Part shown: positions 24,501 through 40,200 of the stretch, piece by piece
How the letters are laid out: every line of letters starts with the position of its first letter
Numbering within the stretch: the stretch's first letter is position 1
Source: Eledone cirrhosa
Taxonomy: Eukaryota
Length of the DNA: 64,000 nucleotides
Direction of reading: 5' to 3'
Assembly (NCBI GenBank): GCA_964016885.1
Contig: OZ024740.1
Span: 3,348,001-3,412,000 of the forward strand
Program-made: the position numbers and the translations under genes
Notes under the pieces: generated by a model
Told to the model about the DNA's origin: nothing
The model's input: only the letters and a program-made list of their open reading frames with translations
Database searches by the model: none

Positions 24501-27500
24501 GCTAACCACTACTCCACTCATCACCACTGCCACCCACTACTCCACTCATCACCACTGCCACCCACTACTCCACTCATCACCACTGCCACCCACTACTCCA
24601 CTCATCACCAGTGCTACACACTAATCCACTCATCACCACTGCCACCCACTACTCCACTCATCACCAGTGCCACCCACTACTCCACTCAACCCCAGTGCTA
24701 CCCACTAATCCACTCATCACCACTGCCACCCACTACTCCACTCATCACCAGTGCTACCCACTACTCCACTCATCACCACTGCCATCCACTACTCCACTCA
24801 TCACCAGTGCTACACACTACTCCACTCATCACCACTGCTACCCACTACTCAACTCATCACCAGTGCTACCCACTACTCCACTCATCACCAGTGCTACCCA
24901 CTACTCCACTCATCACCACTGCAACCCACTACTCCACTCATCACCACTGCTACCCACTACTCCACTCATCACCACTGCTACCCACTACTCCACATCAACA
25001 GTGCTACCCACTACTCCACTCATTCCCAGTGCTACCCACTACTCCACTCATCACCACTGCTACCCACTACTCCACATCAACAGTGCTACCCACTACTCCA
25101 CTCATTCCCAGTGCTACCCACTACTCCACTCATCACCAGTGCTACCCACATCCACGCATCCCCAGTGCTACCCAATACTCCACCCATCACCACTGCTACC
25201 CAATACTCCACCCATCACCAGTGCTACCCACTACTCAACTCATTCCCAGTGCTACCCACTACTCCACTCATCATCACTGATACCCACTACTCCACTCATC
25301 ACCACTGCCACCCACTACTCTACTCATCACCAGTGCTACCCACTACTCCACTCATCACCAGTGCTACCCACTACTCCACATCAACAGTGCTACCCACTAC
25401 TCCACTCATTCCCAGTGCTACCCACTACTCCACTCATCATCACTGATACCCACTACTCCACTCATCACCAGTGCTAACTACTACTCCACTCATCACCACT
25501 GCTACCCACTACTCCACTCATCACCACTGCAACCCACTACTCCACTCATCATCACTGCTACCCACTACTCCACCCATCACCAGTGCTACCCACTACTCCA
25601 CTCATCCCCAGTGCTACCCACTACTCCACTCATCACCATTGCTACACACTACTCCACTCATCACCAGTGCTACCCACTACTCCACTCATCCCCAGTGCTA
25701 CCCACTACTCCACTCATCACCATTGCTACACACTACTCCACTCATCACCAGTGCTACCCACTACTCCACTCATCACCACTGCCACCCACTACTCCACTCA
25801 ACCCCAGTGCTACCCACTACTCCACTCATCACCATTGCTACACACTACTCCACTCATCACCAGTGCTACCCACTACTCCACTCATCACCACTGCCACCCA
25901 CTACTCCACTCATCACCAGTGCTACACACTACTCCACTCATCACCACTGTACCCACTACTCCACTCATCACCATTGCTACCCACTACTCCACTCATCACC
26001 ATTGCTACACACTACTCCACTCATCACCAGTGCTACCCACTACTCCACTCATCACCACTGCCACCCACTACTCCACCCAACCCCAGTGCTACACACTACT
26101 CCACTCTTCACCAGTGCTACCCACTACTCCACTCATCACCACTGCCACCCACTACTCCACCCAACCCCAGTGCTACCCACTACTCCACTCATCACCAGTG
26201 CAACCCACTACTCCACTCATCACCACTGCTACACACTACTCCACTCATCACCAGTGCAACCCACTACTCCACTCATCACCAGTGCTACACACTACTCCAC
26301 TCATCCCCAGTGCTTCACACTACTCCACTCATCACCACTGTAACCCACTACTCCACTCATCACCAGTGCTACTCACTACTCCACTCATCATCCGTGCTAC
26401 CCACTACTCCACTCACCACCAGTGCTACACACTACTCCACTCATCATCACTGCTACCCACTACTCCACTCATCCCCAGTGCTACCCACTACTCCACTCAT
26501 CCCCAGTGCTCCCCACAACTCCACTCATCATCAGTGCTACCCGCTACTCCACTCATCACCAGGGCTACCCACTACTCCACTCATCACCACTGTACCCACT
26601 ACTCCACTCAAACCCAGTGCTACCCACTACTCCACTCATCCTCACTGTACCCACTACTCCACTCAAACCCAGTGCTACCCACGACTCCACTCATCACCAC
26701 TGTTACCCACTACTCCACTCATCCCCAGTGCTACTCACTACTCCACTCATCCCCAGTGCTACCCACTACTCCACTCATCACCACTGCTACCCACTACTCC
26801 ACTCATCCCCAGTGCTACCCACTACTCCACTCATCACCACTGCTACTCACTACTCCACTCATCCCCAGTGCTACCCACTACTCCACTCATCACCACTGCT
26901 ACACACTACTCCACACACCTCCAGTGCTACCCACTACTCCACTCATCACCACTGCTACCCACTACTCCACTCATCCCCAGTGCTACCCACTACTCCACTC
27001 ATCACCACTGCTACCCACTACTCCACTCATCACCACTGTACCCACTACTCCACTCATCACCACTGCTAACCACTACTCCACTCATCACCAGTGCCACCCA
27101 CTACTCCACTCATCACCAGTGCAACCCACTACTCCACTCGTCATCAATGCTAACACCTACTCCACTCATCCCCAGTGCTACCCACTACTACACTCACCCC
27201 CAGTGCTACCCACTACCCCACTCATCACCAGTGCTACCCACTACTCCACTCATCATCAGTGCTACCCACTACTCCACTCATCATCAGTGCTACCCACTAC
27301 TCCACTCAACATCACTGATAACCTCCCTCTACTCCACTCATCATCAGTGCTACCCAATACTACACTCATCCCCACTGCAACCCACTACTCCACTCATCAC
27401 CAGTGCTACCCACTACTCCACTCATGACCACTGCCACCCACTACTCCACTCATCATCCGTGCTACCCACTACTCCACTCATCCCCAGTGCTACCCACTAC

Positions 27501-30500
27501 TCCACTCATCACCAGTGCTACCCACTACTCCACTCATCATCAGTGCAACCCACAACTCCACTCATCATAACTGCTACCCACTACTCCACTCATAACCACT
27601 GCCACCCACTACTCCACTCATCATCAGTGCTACCCACTACTCCACTCATCACCAGTGCTACCCACTACTCCACTCATCACCACTGCTACTCACTACTCCA
27701 CTCATCACCACTGCAACCCACTACTCCACTCATCATCACTGCTACCCACTACTCCACTCATCATCACTGCTACCCACTACTCCACCCATCACCAGTGCTA
27801 CCCACTACTCCACTCATCCCCAGTGCTACCCACTACTCCACTCATCACCAGTGCTACCCACTACTCCACTCATCCCCAGTGCTACCCACTACTCCACTCA
27901 TCACCATTGCTACCCACCACTCCACTCATCCCCAGTGCTACCCACTACTCCACTCATCACCACTGCCACCCACTACTCCACTCATCACCACTGCCACCCA
28001 CTACTCCACTCATCACCACTGCCACCCACTACTCCACTCATCACCACTGCCACCCACTACTCCACTCATCACCACTGCCACCCACTACTCCACTCATCAC
28101 CACTGCCACCCACTACTCCACTCATCATCACTGCTACCCACTACTCCGCTCATCATAACTGCACCCACTACTCCACTCATCACCAGTGCTACCCACTACT
28201 CCACTCATCACCACTGCCACCCACTACTCCACTCATCACCAGTGCTAACCACTACTCCACTCATCACCACTGCCACCCACTACTCCACTCATCACCACTG
28301 CCACCCACTACTCCACTCATCACCACTGCCACCCACTACTCCACTCATCACCAGTGCTACACACTAATCCACTCATCACCACTGCCACCCACTACTCCAC
28401 TCATCACCAGTGCCACCCACTACTCCACTCAACCCCAGTGCTACCCACTAATCCACTCATCACCACTGCCACCCACTACTCCACTCATCACCAGTGCTAC
28501 CCACTACTCCACTCATCACCACTGCCATCCACTACTCCACTCATCACCAGTGCTACACACTACTCCACTCATCACCACTGCTACCCACTACTCAACTCAT
28601 CACCAGTGCTACCCACTACTCCACTCATCACCAGTGCTACCCACTACTCCACTCATCACCACTGCAACCCACTACTCCACTCATCACCACTGCTACCCAC
28701 TACTCCACTCATCACCACTGCTACCCACTACTCCACATCAACAGTGCTACCCACTACTCCACTCATTCCCAGTGCTACCCACTACTCCACTCATCACCAG
28801 TGCTACCCACAACTCCACGCATCCCCAGTGCTACCCAATACTCCACCCATCACCACTGCTACCCAATACTCCACCCATCACCAGTGCTACCCACTACTCC
28901 ACTCATTCCCAGTGCTACCCACTACTCCACTCATCATCACTGATACCCACTACTCCACTCATCACCACTGCCACCCACTACTCTACTCATCACCAGTGCT
29001 ACCCACTACTCCACTCATCACCAGTGCTACCCACTACTCCACATCAACAGTGCTACCCACTACTCCACTCATTCCCAGTGCTACCCACTACTCCACTCAT
29101 CATCACTGATACCCACTACTCCACTCATCACCAGTGCTAACTACTACTCCACTCATCACCACTGCTACCCACTACTCCACTCATCACCACTGCAACCCAC
29201 TACTCCACTCATCATCACTGCTACCCACTACTCCACCCATCACCAGTGCTACCCACTACTCCACTCATCCCCAGTGCTACCCACTACTCCACTCATCACC
29301 ATTGCTACACACTACTCCACTCATCACCAGTGCTACCCACTACTCCACTCATCCCCAGTGCTACCCACTACTCCACTCATCACCATTGCTACACACTACT
29401 CCACTCATCACCAGTGCTACCCACTACTCCACTCATCACCACTGCCACCCACTACTCCACTCAACCCCAGTGCTACCCACTACTCCACTCATCACCATTG
29501 CTACACACTACTCCACTCATCACCAGTGCTACCCACTACTCCACTCATCACCACTGCCACCCACTACTCCACTCATCACCAGTGCTACACACTACTCCAC
29601 TCATCACCACTGTACCCACTACTCCACTCATCACCATTGCTACCCACTACTCCACTCATCACCATTGCTACACACTACTCCACTCATCACCAGTGCTACC
29701 CACTACTCCACTCATCACCACTGCCACCCACTACTCCACCCAACCCCAGTGCTACACACTACTCCACTCTTCACCAGTGCTACCCACTACTCCACTCATC
29801 ACCACTGCCACCCACTACTCCACCCAACCCCAGTGCTACCCACTACTCCACTCATCACCAGTGCAACCCACTACTCCACTCATCACCACTGCTACACACT
29901 ACTCCACTCATCACCAGTGCAACCCACTACTCCACTCATCACCAGTGCTACACACTACTCCACTCATCCCCAGTGCTTCACACTACTCCACTCATCACCA
30001 CTGTAACCCACTACTCCACTCATCACCAGTGCTACTCACTACTCCACTCATCATCCGTGCTACCCACTACTCCACTCACCACCAGTGCTACACACTACTC
30101 CACTCATCATCACTGCTACCCACTACTCCACTCATCCCCAGTGCTACCCACTACTCCACTCATCCCCAGTGCTCCCCACAACTCCACTCATCATCAGTGC
30201 TACCCGCTACTCCACTCATCACCAGGGCTACCCACTACTCCACTCATCACCACTGTACCCACTACTCCACTCAAACCCAGTGCTACCCACTACTCCACTC
30301 ATCCTCACTGTACCCACTACTCCACTCAAACCCAGTGCTACCCACGACTCCACTCATCACCACTGTTACCCACTACTCCACTCATCCCCAGTGCTACTCA
30401 CTACTCCACTCATCCCCAGTGCTACCCACTACTCCACTCATCACCACTGCTACCCACTACTCCACTCATCCCCAGTGCTACCCACTACTCCACTCATCAC

Positions 30501-31267
30501 CACTGCTACTCACTACTCCACTCATCCCCAGTGCTACCCACTACTCCACTCATCACCACTGCTACACACTACTCCACACACCTCCAGTGCTACCCACTAC
30601 TCCACTCATCACCACTGCTACCCACTACTCCACTCATCCCCAGTGCTACCCACTACTCCACTCATCACCACTGCTACCCACTACTCCACTCATCACCACT
30701 GTACCCACTACTCCACTCATCACCACTGCTAACCACTACTCCACTCATCACCAGTGCCACCCACTACTCCACTCATCACCAGTGCAACCCACTACTCCAC
30801 TCGTCATCAATGCTAACACCTACTCCACTCATCCCCAGTGCTACCCACTACTACACTCACCCCCAGTGCTACCCACTACCCCACTCATCACCAGTGCTAC
30901 CCACTACTCCACTCATCATCAGTGCTACCCACTACTCCACTCATCATCAGTGCTACCCACTACTCCACTCATCATCACTGATACCCTCCCTCTACTCCAC
31001 TCATCATCAGTGCTACCCAATACTACACTCATCCCCAGTGCTACCCACTACTCCACTCATCACCAGTGCTACACACTACTCCACTCATCATCACTGCTAC
31101 TCACTACTCCACTCATCACAAGTGCTACCCACTACTCCACTCATCATCAGTGCTACCCACCACTCCACTCACCCCCAGTGCTACCCACTACTCCACTCAT
31201 CACCACTGCATCCCACTACTCCAATCATCACAAGTGCTACCCACTACTCCACTCATCATCAGAGCTA
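9591..31267. repeat. Satellite B: 28-bp array, consensus TCACCA(G/C)TGCTACCCACTACTCCACTCA, ~21.7 kb, roughly 775 copies
   Basis: Period 28 with recurrent 26-bp variants (CACTGTACCC, AACTGCACCC). The consensus has no + strand stop codon and 28 is not a multiple of 3, which explains long overlapping ORFs in all three + frames. Confidence 0.98.
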
Positions 31268-34200
31268 AATAAACCATCACTTATACTAAATAAACCATCT
31301 CTAGTGCTAAATAAACCATCACTTGTACTAAATAAACTATCACTGGTACTAAATAAACTATCACTGGTACTAAACAAACTATCACTGGTACTAAATAAAC
31401 TATCACTGGTACTAGATAAACCATCACTGGTACTAAGTAAACCATCACTGGTACTAAATAAACTATCACTAGTACTAAATAACCATCTCTAGTGCTAAAT
31501 AAACTATCACTGGTACTAAATAAACTATCACTGGTACTAGATAAACCATCACTGGTACTAAATAAACTATCACTGGTATTAAATAAACTATCACTGGTAC
31601 TAAATAAACTATCACTGGTACTAAATAAACTATCACTGGTACTAAATAAACTATCACTGGTACTAGATAAACCATCACTGGTACTAAATAAACTATCACT
31701 GTTACTAAATAAACTATCACTGGTACTAAATAAACTATTACTGGTACTAAATAAACTATCACTGGTGCTAAATAAACCATCACTGGTACTAAATAAACTA
31801 TCACTGGTACTAAATAAACTATCACTGGTACTAGATAAACCATCACTGGTACTAAATAAACTATCACTGGTGCTAAATAAACCATCACTGGTACTAAATA
31901 AACTATCACTGGTACTAAATAAACTATCACTGGTGCTAAATAAACCATCACTGGTACTAAATAAACTATCACTGGTACTAAATAAACTATCACTGGTACT
32001 AGATAAACCATCACTGGTACTAAATAAACTATCACTGGTACTAAATAAACTATCACTGGTGCTAAATAAACCATCACTGGTACTAAATAAACTATCACTG
32101 GTGCTAAATAAACCATCACTGGTACTAAATAAACCATCACTGTTACTAAATAAACTATCACTGGTACTAGATAAACCATGACTGGTACTAAATAAACTAT
32201 CACTGGTACTAAATAAACTATCACTGGTACTAGATAAACCATCACTGGTACTAAATAAACTATCACTGGTACTAAATAAACTATCACTGGTACTAAATAA
32301 ACTATCACTGGTACTAGATAAACCATCACTGGTACTAAATAAACTATCACTGGTACTAAATAAACTATCACTGGTACTAGATAAACCATCACTGGTACTA
32401 AATAAACTATCACTGGTACTAAATAAACTATCACTGGTGCTAAATAAACTATCACTGGTACTAAATAAACTATCACTGGTACTAAATAAACTATCACTGG
32501 TACTAGATAAACCATCACTGGTACTAAATAAACTATCCCTGGTGCTAAATAAACCATCTCTAGTGCTAAATAAACTATCACTGGTACTAGATGAACCATC
32601 ACTGGTACTAAATAAACTATCACTGGTACTAAATAAACTATCACAGGTACTAAATAAACTATCACTGGTGCTAAATAAACCATCTCTAGTGCTAGATAAA
32701 CTATCACTGGTACTAGATAAACCATCACTGGTACTAAATAAACTATCACTGGTAATAAATAAACTATTACTAGTGCTAAATAAACCATCTCTAGTGCTAA
32801 ATAAACTATCACTGGTATTAGATAAAGCATCACTGGTACTAAATAAACTATCACTGGTGCTAAATAAACTATCACTGGTGCTAAATAAACTATCACTGGT
32901 ACTAAATAAAGTATCACCGGTACTAAATAAAATATCATTGGTACTAAATAAACTATGACTGGTACTAAATAAACTATCACTGGTACTAAATAAACTATCA
33001 CTGGTGCTAAATAAACCATCTCTAGTGCTACATAAACTATCACTGGTACTAGATAAACCATCACTGGTACTAAATAAACTATCACTGGTAGTAAATAAAC
33101 TATCACTGGTACTAAATAAACTATCACTGGTGCTAAATAAACCATCTCTAGTGCTAAATAAACTATCACTGGTACTAGATAAACCATCACTGGTACTAAA
33201 TAAACTATCACTCGTACTAAATAAACTATCACTGGTGCTAAATAAACTATCACTGTTGCTAAATAAACTATCACTGGTACTAAATAAACTATCACTGCTA
33301 CTAAATAAACTATCACTGGTGCTAAATAAACTATCACTGGTGCTAAATGAACCATCACTGTAGCTAAATAAATTATCACTGGTGGTAAATAAACTATCAC
33401 TGGTGCTAAATAAACTATCACTGGTACTAAATAAACTATCACTGGTACTAAATAAACTATCACTGGTACTAGATAAACTATCACTGGTGCTAAATAAACT
33501 ATCACTGGTATTAAATAAATTATCACTGGTGCTAAATAAACTATCACTGGTGCTAAATGAACCATCACTGTAGCTAAATAAACTATCACTGGTGCTAAAT
33601 AAACCATCTCTAGTTCTAAATAAAGTATCACTGGTACTAAATAAACTATCACCGGTACTAAATAAATTATCACTGGTGGTAAATAAACTATCACTGGTGC
33701 TAAATAAACTATCACTGGTAATAAATAAACTATCACTAGTGCTAAATAAAATATCACTGATGCTAAATTAAATATCACTGGTACTAAATAAACTATCACT
33801 GGTACTAAATAAACTATCACTGTACTAAATAAACTATCACTGGTGCTAAATAAACTATCACTGGTACTAAATAAACCATCACTGGTGATAAATAAACCAT
33901 CACTTGTACTAAATAAACCATCACTGGTACTAAATAAACTATCACTGGTACTAAATACACTATCACTGTACTAAATAAAGTATCACTGGTACTAAATAAA
34001 TTATCACTGCTATTAAATAAACTATCACAGGTACTAGATAAACTATCACTGGTGCTAAATAAACTATCACTGGTACTAAATAAACTATCACTGGTACTAA
34101 ATAAACTATCACTGGTACTAAATAAACTATCACTGGTACTAAATAAACTATCACTGGTACTAAATATAATATTACTGGTGCTAAATAAACTATCACTGGT

Positions 34201-37200
34201 GCTAAATAAAATATCACTGGTGCTAAATAAACCATCTCTAGTGCTAAATAAACTATCACTGGTGCTAAATAAAGTATCACTGGTACTAAATAACCTATCA
34301 CTGATACTAAATAACCCCTCTCTAGTGCTAATTAAACTATCACTGTTACTAAATAAACTATCACTGGTACTAAATAAACTATCGCTGGTGCTAAATAAAC
34401 TATCACTGGTACTAAATAAACTATCACTGGTGCTAAATAAACTATCACTGGTGCTAAATAAACTATCACTGGTACTAAATAAACTATCACTTGTACTAAA
34501 TAAACCATCACTGGTACTAAATAAACTGTTACTGGTGCTAAATAAACTATCACTGGTGTCAAATAAACCATCTCTAGTGCTAAATAAACTATCACTGGTA
34601 CTAAATAAACTATCACTGGTGCTAAATAAACTATCACTGGTGCTAACTAAACTATGACTGTTGCTAAATAAACTATCACTGGTACAAATAAATTATCACT
34701 GGTACTAAATAAACTATCACTGGAGTAAAATAAACCATCTCTAGTGCTAAATAAACTATCACTGGTGCTAAATAAACTATCACTGGTACTAAATAAACTA
34801 TCACTGGTACTACATAAACTATCACTGGTACTAAATAAACTATCACTGGTGCTAAATAAACTATCACTGGTGCTAAATAAACTATCACTGGTAATATATA
34901 AACTATCACTAGTGCTAAATAAAATATCACTGATGCTAAATAAAATATCACTGGTACTAAATAAACTATCACTGGTACTAAATAAACTATCACTGTACTA
35001 AATAAACTATCACTGGTGCTAAATAAACTATCACTGGTACTAAATAAACCATCACTGGTGATAAATAAACCATCACTTGTACTAAATAAACCATCACTGG
35101 TACTAAATAAACTATCACTGGTACTAAATAAACTATCACTGGTACTAGATAAACCATCACTGGTACTAAATAAACTATCACTGGTGTCAAATAAACCATC
35201 TCTAGTGCTAAATAAACTATCACTGGTACTAAATAAACTATCACTGGTGCTAAATAAACTATGACTGGTGCTAAATAAACTATGACTGTTGCTAAATAAA
35301 CTATCACTGGTACAAATAAATTATCACTGGTACTAAATAAACTATCACTGGAGTAAAATAAACCATCTCTAATGCTAAATAAACTATCACTGTTGCTAAA
35401 TAACCTATCACGGGTGTTAAATGAACCATCACTGTAGCTAAATAAACTATCACTGGCGCTACATAAACCATCTCTAGTGCTAAATAAACCATCACTGGTA
35501 CTAAATAAACTATCACTGTTACTAAATAAACTATCACTGGTACTAAATAAACTATCACTGGTGCTAAATAAAATATCACTGGTACTAAATAAATTATCAC
35601 TGGTACTAAATAAACTACCACTAGTACTAAATAAACTATCACTGGTGCTAAATAAACTATCACTGGTGCTAAATAAAATATCACTGCTGCTAAATAAACT
35701 ATCACTGGTAGTAAATACACTGTCACTAGTTCTAAATAAAGTATCACTGGTACTAAATAAACTATCACTGGTACTAAATAGATTATCACTGGTGGTAAAT
35801 AAACTATCACTGGTGCTAAATAAACTATCACTGGTAATAAATAAACTATCACTAGTGCTAAATAAAATATCACTGATGCTAAATAAAATATCACTGGTAC
35901 TAAATAAACTATCACTGGTACTAAATAAACTATCACTGGTGCTAAATAAACCATCACTGGTACTAAATAAACTATCACTGGTACTAAATAAACTATCACT
36001 GGTACTAGATAAACCATCACTGGTACTAAATAAACTATGACTGGTACTAAATAAACTATCACTGGTACTAAATAAACTATCACTGGTACTAGATAAACCA
36101 TCACTGGTACTAAATAAACCATCACTGGTACTAAATAAACTATCACTGGTAGTAAATAAACTATCACTGGTACTAAATAAACTATCACTGGTGCTAAATA
36201 AACCATCTCTAGTGCTAAATAAACTATCACTGGTACTAGATAAACCATCACTGGTACTAAATAAACTATCACTCGTACTAAATAAACTATCACTGGTGCT
36301 AAATAAACTATCACTGTTGCTAAATAAACTATCACTAGTACTAAATAAAGTATCACCGGTACTAAATAAAATATCATTGGTACTAAATAAACTATGACTG
36401 GTACTAAACAAACTATCACTTGTACTAAATAAACCATCTCTAGTGCTAAATAAACTATCACTGGTACTAAATAAACTATCACTGGTACTAAATAAACCAT
36501 CACTGCTACTAAATAACCTATCACTGGTGCTAAATAAACTATCACTGGTGCTAAATGAACCATCACTGTAGCTAAATAAACTATCACTGGTGCTAAATAA
36601 ACCATCTCTAGTGCTAAATAAACCATCACTGGTACTAAATAAACTATCACTGGTACTAAATAAACTATCACTGGTACTAAATAAACTATCACTGGTGCTA
36701 AATAAACTATCACTGGTACTAAATAAATTATCACTGGTACTAAATAAACTACCACTGGTACTAAATAAACTATCACTGGTGCTAAATAAACTATCACTGG
36801 TGCTAAATAAAATATCACTGCTGCTAAATAAACTATCACTGGTACTAAATACACTGTCACAAGTTCTAAATAAAGTATCACTGGTACCAAATAAACTATC
36901 ACTGGTACTAAATAAATTATCACTGGTGATAAATAAACTATCACTGGTGCTAAATAAACTATCACTGGTAATAAATAAACTATCACTAGTGCTAAATAAA
37001 ATATCACTGATGCTAAATTAAATATCACTGGTACTAAATAAACTATCACTGGTACTAAATAAACTATCACTGTACTAAATAAAGTATCACTGGTACTAAA
37101 TAAATTATCACTGGTATTAAATAAACTATCATTGGTACTAGATAAACTATCACTGGTGCTAAATAAACTATCACTGGTACTAAATAAACTATCACTGGTA

Positions 37201-40200
37201 CTAAATAAACTATCACTGGTACTAGATAAACCATCACTGGTACTAAATAAACTATCACTGGTACTAAATAAACTATCACTGGTGCTAAATAAACCATCAC
37301 TGGTACTAAATAAACTATCACTGGTGCTAAATAAACCATCACTGGTACTAAATAAACCATCACTGTTACTAAATAAACTATCACTGGTACTAGATAAACC
37401 ATGACTGGTACTAAATAAACTATCACTGGTACTAAATAAACTATCACTGGTACTAGATAAACCATCACTGGTACTAAATAAACTATCACTGGTACTAAAT
37501 AAACTATCACTGGTACTAAATAAACTATCACTGGTACTAGATAAACCATCACTGGTACTAAATAAACTATCACTGGTACGAAATAAACTATCACTGGTAC
37601 TAGATAAACCATCACTGGTACTAAATAAACTATCACTGGTACTAAATAAACTATCACTGGTGCTAAATAAACTATCACTGGTACTAAATAAACTATCACT
37701 GGTACTAAATAAACTATCACTGGTACTAGATAAACCATCACTGGTACTAAATAAACTATCCCTGGTGCTAAATAAACCATCTCTAGTGCTAAATAAACTA
37801 TCACTGGTACTAGATGAACCATCACTGGTACTAAATAAACTATCACTGGTACTAAATAAACTATCACAGGTAGTAAATAAACTATCACTGGTGCTAAATA
37901 AACCATCTCTAGTGCTAGATAAACTATCACTGGTACTAGATAAACCATCACTGGTACTAAATAAACTATCACTGGTAATAAATAAACTATTACTAGTGCT
38001 AAATAAACCATCTCTAGTGCTAAATAAACTATCACTGGTATTAGATAAAGCATCACTGGTACTAAATAAACTATCATTGGTACTAAATAAACTATCACTG
38101 GTGCTAAATAAACTATCACTGGTGCTAAATAAACTATCACTGGTACTAAATAAAGTATCACCGGTACTAAATAAAATATCATTGGTACTAAATAAACTAT
38201 GACTGGTACTAAATAAACTATCACTGGTACTAAATAAACTATCACTGGTGCTAAATAAACCATCTCTAGTGCTACATAAACTATCACTGGTACTAGATAA
38301 ACCATCACTGGTACTAAATAAACTATCACTGGTAGTAAATAAACTATCACTGGTACTAAATAAACTATCACTGGTGCTAAATAAACCATCTCTAGTGCTA
38401 AATAAACTATCACTGGTACTAAATCAACTATCACCGGTACTAAATAAACTATCACTTGTACTAAATAAACTATCACTGGTACTAAATAAACTATCACTGG
38501 TGCTAAATAAACCATCACCGGTACTAAATAAACTATCACTGGTACTAAATAAACTATCACTGGTACTAAATAAACTATCACTTTGTGCTAAATAAACTAT
38601 CACTGGTACTAAATAAACTATTACTGGTACTAAATAAACTATCACTGGTACTAAATAAACTATCACTTTGTGCTAAATAAACTATCACTGGTACTAAATA
38701 AACTATCACTGGTACTAAATAAACTATCACTGGTGCTAAATAAACCATCACTTGTGCTTAATAAACTATTACTGGTGCTAAATAAACTATTACTGGTACT
38801 AAATAAAGGATCACTTGTGCTAAATAAACCATCTCTAGTGCTAAATAAACTATCACTGGTACTAAATAAACTATCACTGGTACTAAATAAACCATCACTG
38901 CTACTAAATAAACTATCACTGGTGCTAAATAAACTATCACTGGTGCTAAATGAACCATCACTGTAGCTAAATAAACTATCACTGGTGCTAAATAAACCAT
39001 CTCTAGTGCTAAATAAACCATCACTGGTACTAAATAAACTATCACTGGTACTAAATAAACTATCACTGGTACTAAATAAACTATCACTGGTGCTAAATAA
39101 ACTATCACTGGTACTAAATAAATTATCACTGGTACTAAATAAACTACCACTGGTACTAAATAAACTATCACTGGTGCTAAATAAACTATCACTGGTGCTA
39201 AATAAAATATCACTGCTGCTAAATAAACTATCACTGGTACTAAATACACTGTCACAAGTTCTAAATAAAGTATCACTGGTACCAAATAAACTATCACTGG
39301 TACTAAATAAATTATCACTGGTGATAAATAAACTATCACTGGTGCTAAATAAACTATCACTGGTAATAAATAAACTATCACTAGTGCTAAATAAAATATC
39401 ACTGATGCTAAATTAAATATCACTGGTACTAAATAAACTATCACTGGTACTAAATAAACTATCACTGTACTAAATAAAGTATCACTGGTACTAAATAAAT
39501 TATCACTGGTATTAAATAAACTATCATTGGTACTAGATAAACTATCACTGGTGCTAAATAAACTATCACTGGTACTAAATAAACTATCACTGGTACTAAA
39601 TAAACTATCACTGGTACTAGATAAACCATCACTGGTACTAAATAAACTATCACTGGTACTAAATAAACTATCACTGGTGCTAAATAAACCATCACTGGTA
39701 CTAAATAAACTATCACTGGTGCTAAATAAACCATCACTGGTACTAAATAAACCATCACTGTTACTAAATAAACTATCACTGGTACTAGATAAACCATGAC
39801 TGGTACTAAATAAACTATCACTGGTACTAAATAAACTATCACTGGTACTAGATAAACCATCACTGGTACTAAATAAACTATCACTGGTACTAAATAAACT
39901 ATCACTGGTACTAAATAAACTATCACTTTGTGCTAAATAAACCATCACTGGTACTAGATAAACCATCACTGGTACTAAATAAACTATCACTGGTACGAAA
40001 TAAACTATCACTGGTACTAGATAAACCATCACTGGTACTAAATAAACTATCACTGGTACTAAATAAACTATCACTGGTGCTAAATAAACTATCACTGGTA
40101 CTAAATAAACTATCACTGGTACTAAATAAACTATCACTGGTACTAGATAAACCATCACTGGTACTAAATAAACTATCCCTGGTGCTAAATAAACCATCTC

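Noticed and set aside
9587-31492. Mucin-like or His/Thr/Pro-rich ORFs up to 1351 aa
   Set aside because: The 28-bp period is not a multiple of 3, all three frames give the same peptide cycle, and frameshifting 26-bp variants are tolerated freely.
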